NCBI GenBank assembly: GCA_965205865.1
Contig: CBDBHR010000028.1
Location: 384,001-448,000, forward strand
Source of the DNA: a bacterium
GTDB lineage: Bacteria; SAR324; NAC60-12
Direction of reading: 5' to 3'
DNA: 64,000 nt
Shown here piece by piece: positions 62,648-64,000 of the stretch; within the stretch, counting starts at the first letter, position 1, and every line of letters starts with the position of its first letter. The notes beneath the pieces were generated by a model that saw only the letters and a list, made by a program, of their open reading frames with translations, had not been told where the DNA came from and did no database searches. The position numbers and the translations under genes were made by a program.

Positions 62648-63625
62648 TCAATCCGGAATGCCGGTAGCAATAATGGTCACCGCCACATTTTCTCCCATTG
62701 ACTCCAGCGTGGTTAATCCAAAAATAAGATTGACTTCTTCATCCGCCAATTCTTCAATGGCACTGACAGCTTCGTTGATTTCTAACATTCCGATATCCTG
62801 ATTGCCTACCACATGTACCAGAATTCCCTTGGCGCCTCGAATATCAGTATCTTGCATGAGTGGACTCTTGATCGCATTTTGAGTTGCTTTCACCATCCGT
62901 TCTTCTCCGGATGCGACCCCTTTGCCAATCACGGCTGTGCCCATGCCTCCCATGATGGTCTTCACGTCGGCAAAATCCACATTGATTTCTCCTACGTTGT
63001 TGATCAAATCGGTAATCCCTTGGATCGCATTGATCAGCACCTCATCGACCAAATGAAAGGCATCCAGTAAACTGGTCGATGGGCTGGTCGCCTCCAGAAG
63101 TTTGTCATTGGGAATAACCAGGAGAGTGTCTGCATACTGACGCAAATTCTCAATTCCCTCCAAGGCGATCCTCATACGTTTGCGGCCTTCGAAGGTAAAA
63201 GGGATGGTGACGATCCCTACAGTCAAAATTTTTTGTGATTTGGCAATCCTGCCGATGACGGGTACAGTTCCGGTTCCAGTTCCACCACCCATACCCGCAG
63301 TGATGAAAACCATATGTGCGCCTTCCATGCTTTTTTCAAGCTCATGTGAACTTTCTTCTGCCGCTTTTTCTCCTGTTTCCGGATCTGCGCCGGCACCCAA
63401 TCCCCGGGTAAGATTCCTTCCCAATTCTATTTTGACATTTGCATTTGTGCTCTCCAGCGCTTTGATATCGGTATTGCAAGCAACAAAATCCACATACTTG
63501 ACATCCAAGTTCACCATTTTTGTTATGACATTACACCCTGCCCCGCCAGCTCCCGTGACAACGATTTTAGGGGTAAAGACACCCTGCGCTGAAACGAAGA
63601 CATTTTCATCAGATTGCTCTACCAT
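62648..63625 (-). CDS. ftsZ: FtsZ homologue lacking the C-terminal linker and tail
   Basis: GAGGAG, GGGTGTG, INVDFAD; ends at TIIATGIPD*. Confidence 0.92.
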   Translation of the reverse strand: MVEQSDENVFVSAQGVFTPKIVVTGAGGAGCNVITKMVNLDVKYVDFVACNTDIKALESTNANVKIELGRNLTRGLGAGADPETGEKAAEESSHELEKSMEGAHMVFITAGMGGGTGTGTVPVIGRIAKSQKILTVGIVTIPFTFEGRKRMRIALEGIENLRQYADTLLVIPNDKLLEATSPSTSLLDAFHLVDEVLINAIQGITDLINNVGEINVDFADVKTIMGGMGTAVIGKGVASGEERMVKATQNAIKSPLMQDTDIRGAKGILVHVVGNQDIGMLEINEAVSAIEELADEEVNLIFGLTTLESMGENVAVTIIATGIPD

Positions 63626-63908
63626 TGTATTTCCTGTTTTTGTTACCGAAGATCGGAAACGTTATCACGAAAACGTTTCCTCTGATCGTCAAATTGCGGT
63701 GAGAGCGTTTTTGGCATTATTGTGTACTCCATTCCTGTATTATTGAGAATGTACCACGATGAGGCGTATTTTCAAGAAATAGTCTTTTGCATCTGCATAC
63801 AAATGATGTTAATTATGAGTAAATTTTGTTTATTTACCCTCTCCTTTCTAAATGCCCACAAGGGATACCAAGTGGATTTGGCCTAACTGTAGCAACCTGT
63901 ATAAGACC

Positions 63909-64000
63909 ATGGGGACGAAAACGGTTATTGAGCCCAAAACCAAACCCAAACTGGATTATCCCAAACAGTACAAAGTTCTTTTGCACAATGATGACTTTAC
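63909..64000 (+). CDS. clpS: ClpS adaptor (5' part; runs off the window)
   Basis: MGTKTVIEPKTKPKLDYPKQYKVLLHNDDF. Confidence 0.85.
   Translation, partial: MGTKTVIEPKTKPKLDYPKQYKVLLHNDDF

Overview
Bacterial chromosome window; the gene content resembles Deltaproteobacteria/SAR324-like genomes (inference only). The backbone carries gap-rpe-rpiA-tkt, a BMP-type ABC transporter, a CmoA-like methyltransferase, GT2 + ParB-like genes, an ECF sigma factor, lspA-hisS-udg-hslUV-larC, an M23 peptidase, a frameshifted purM, a LIV-type ABC transporter, mltF, an ankyrin protein, mltD, tgt, bpt/ate, a tail-less ftsZ and the start of clpS. A visibly GC-richer accessory region (~16.8-39.6 kb) contains an 18-kb minus-strand defence operon. 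Its core is SNF2 helicase-DUF3883, a DUF1156 adenine methylase and a DUF499 ATPase (related to the 'restriction-like' system). Both intergenic slots of this core hold two tandem cargo sets: PHP-ATPase + Schlafen/AlbA then a decayed ATPase and HEPN remnant; ATPase + PIN then ATPase-TOPRIM. In each slot the two sets are separated by a short chimeric linker ORF made of a diverged copy of the downstream core gene's start joined to a diverged copy of the upstream core gene's end, which suggests repeated cassette accretion. The window also holds a 36-bp hairpin element in six copies (two in frame inside genes, two inside a tandemly duplicated promoter-bearing non-coding unit), two MITE families with target duplications, REP-like hairpins, a group II intron remnant and several internally deleted pseudogenes. 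No rRNA, tRNA, CRISPR array or integrase was recognised.
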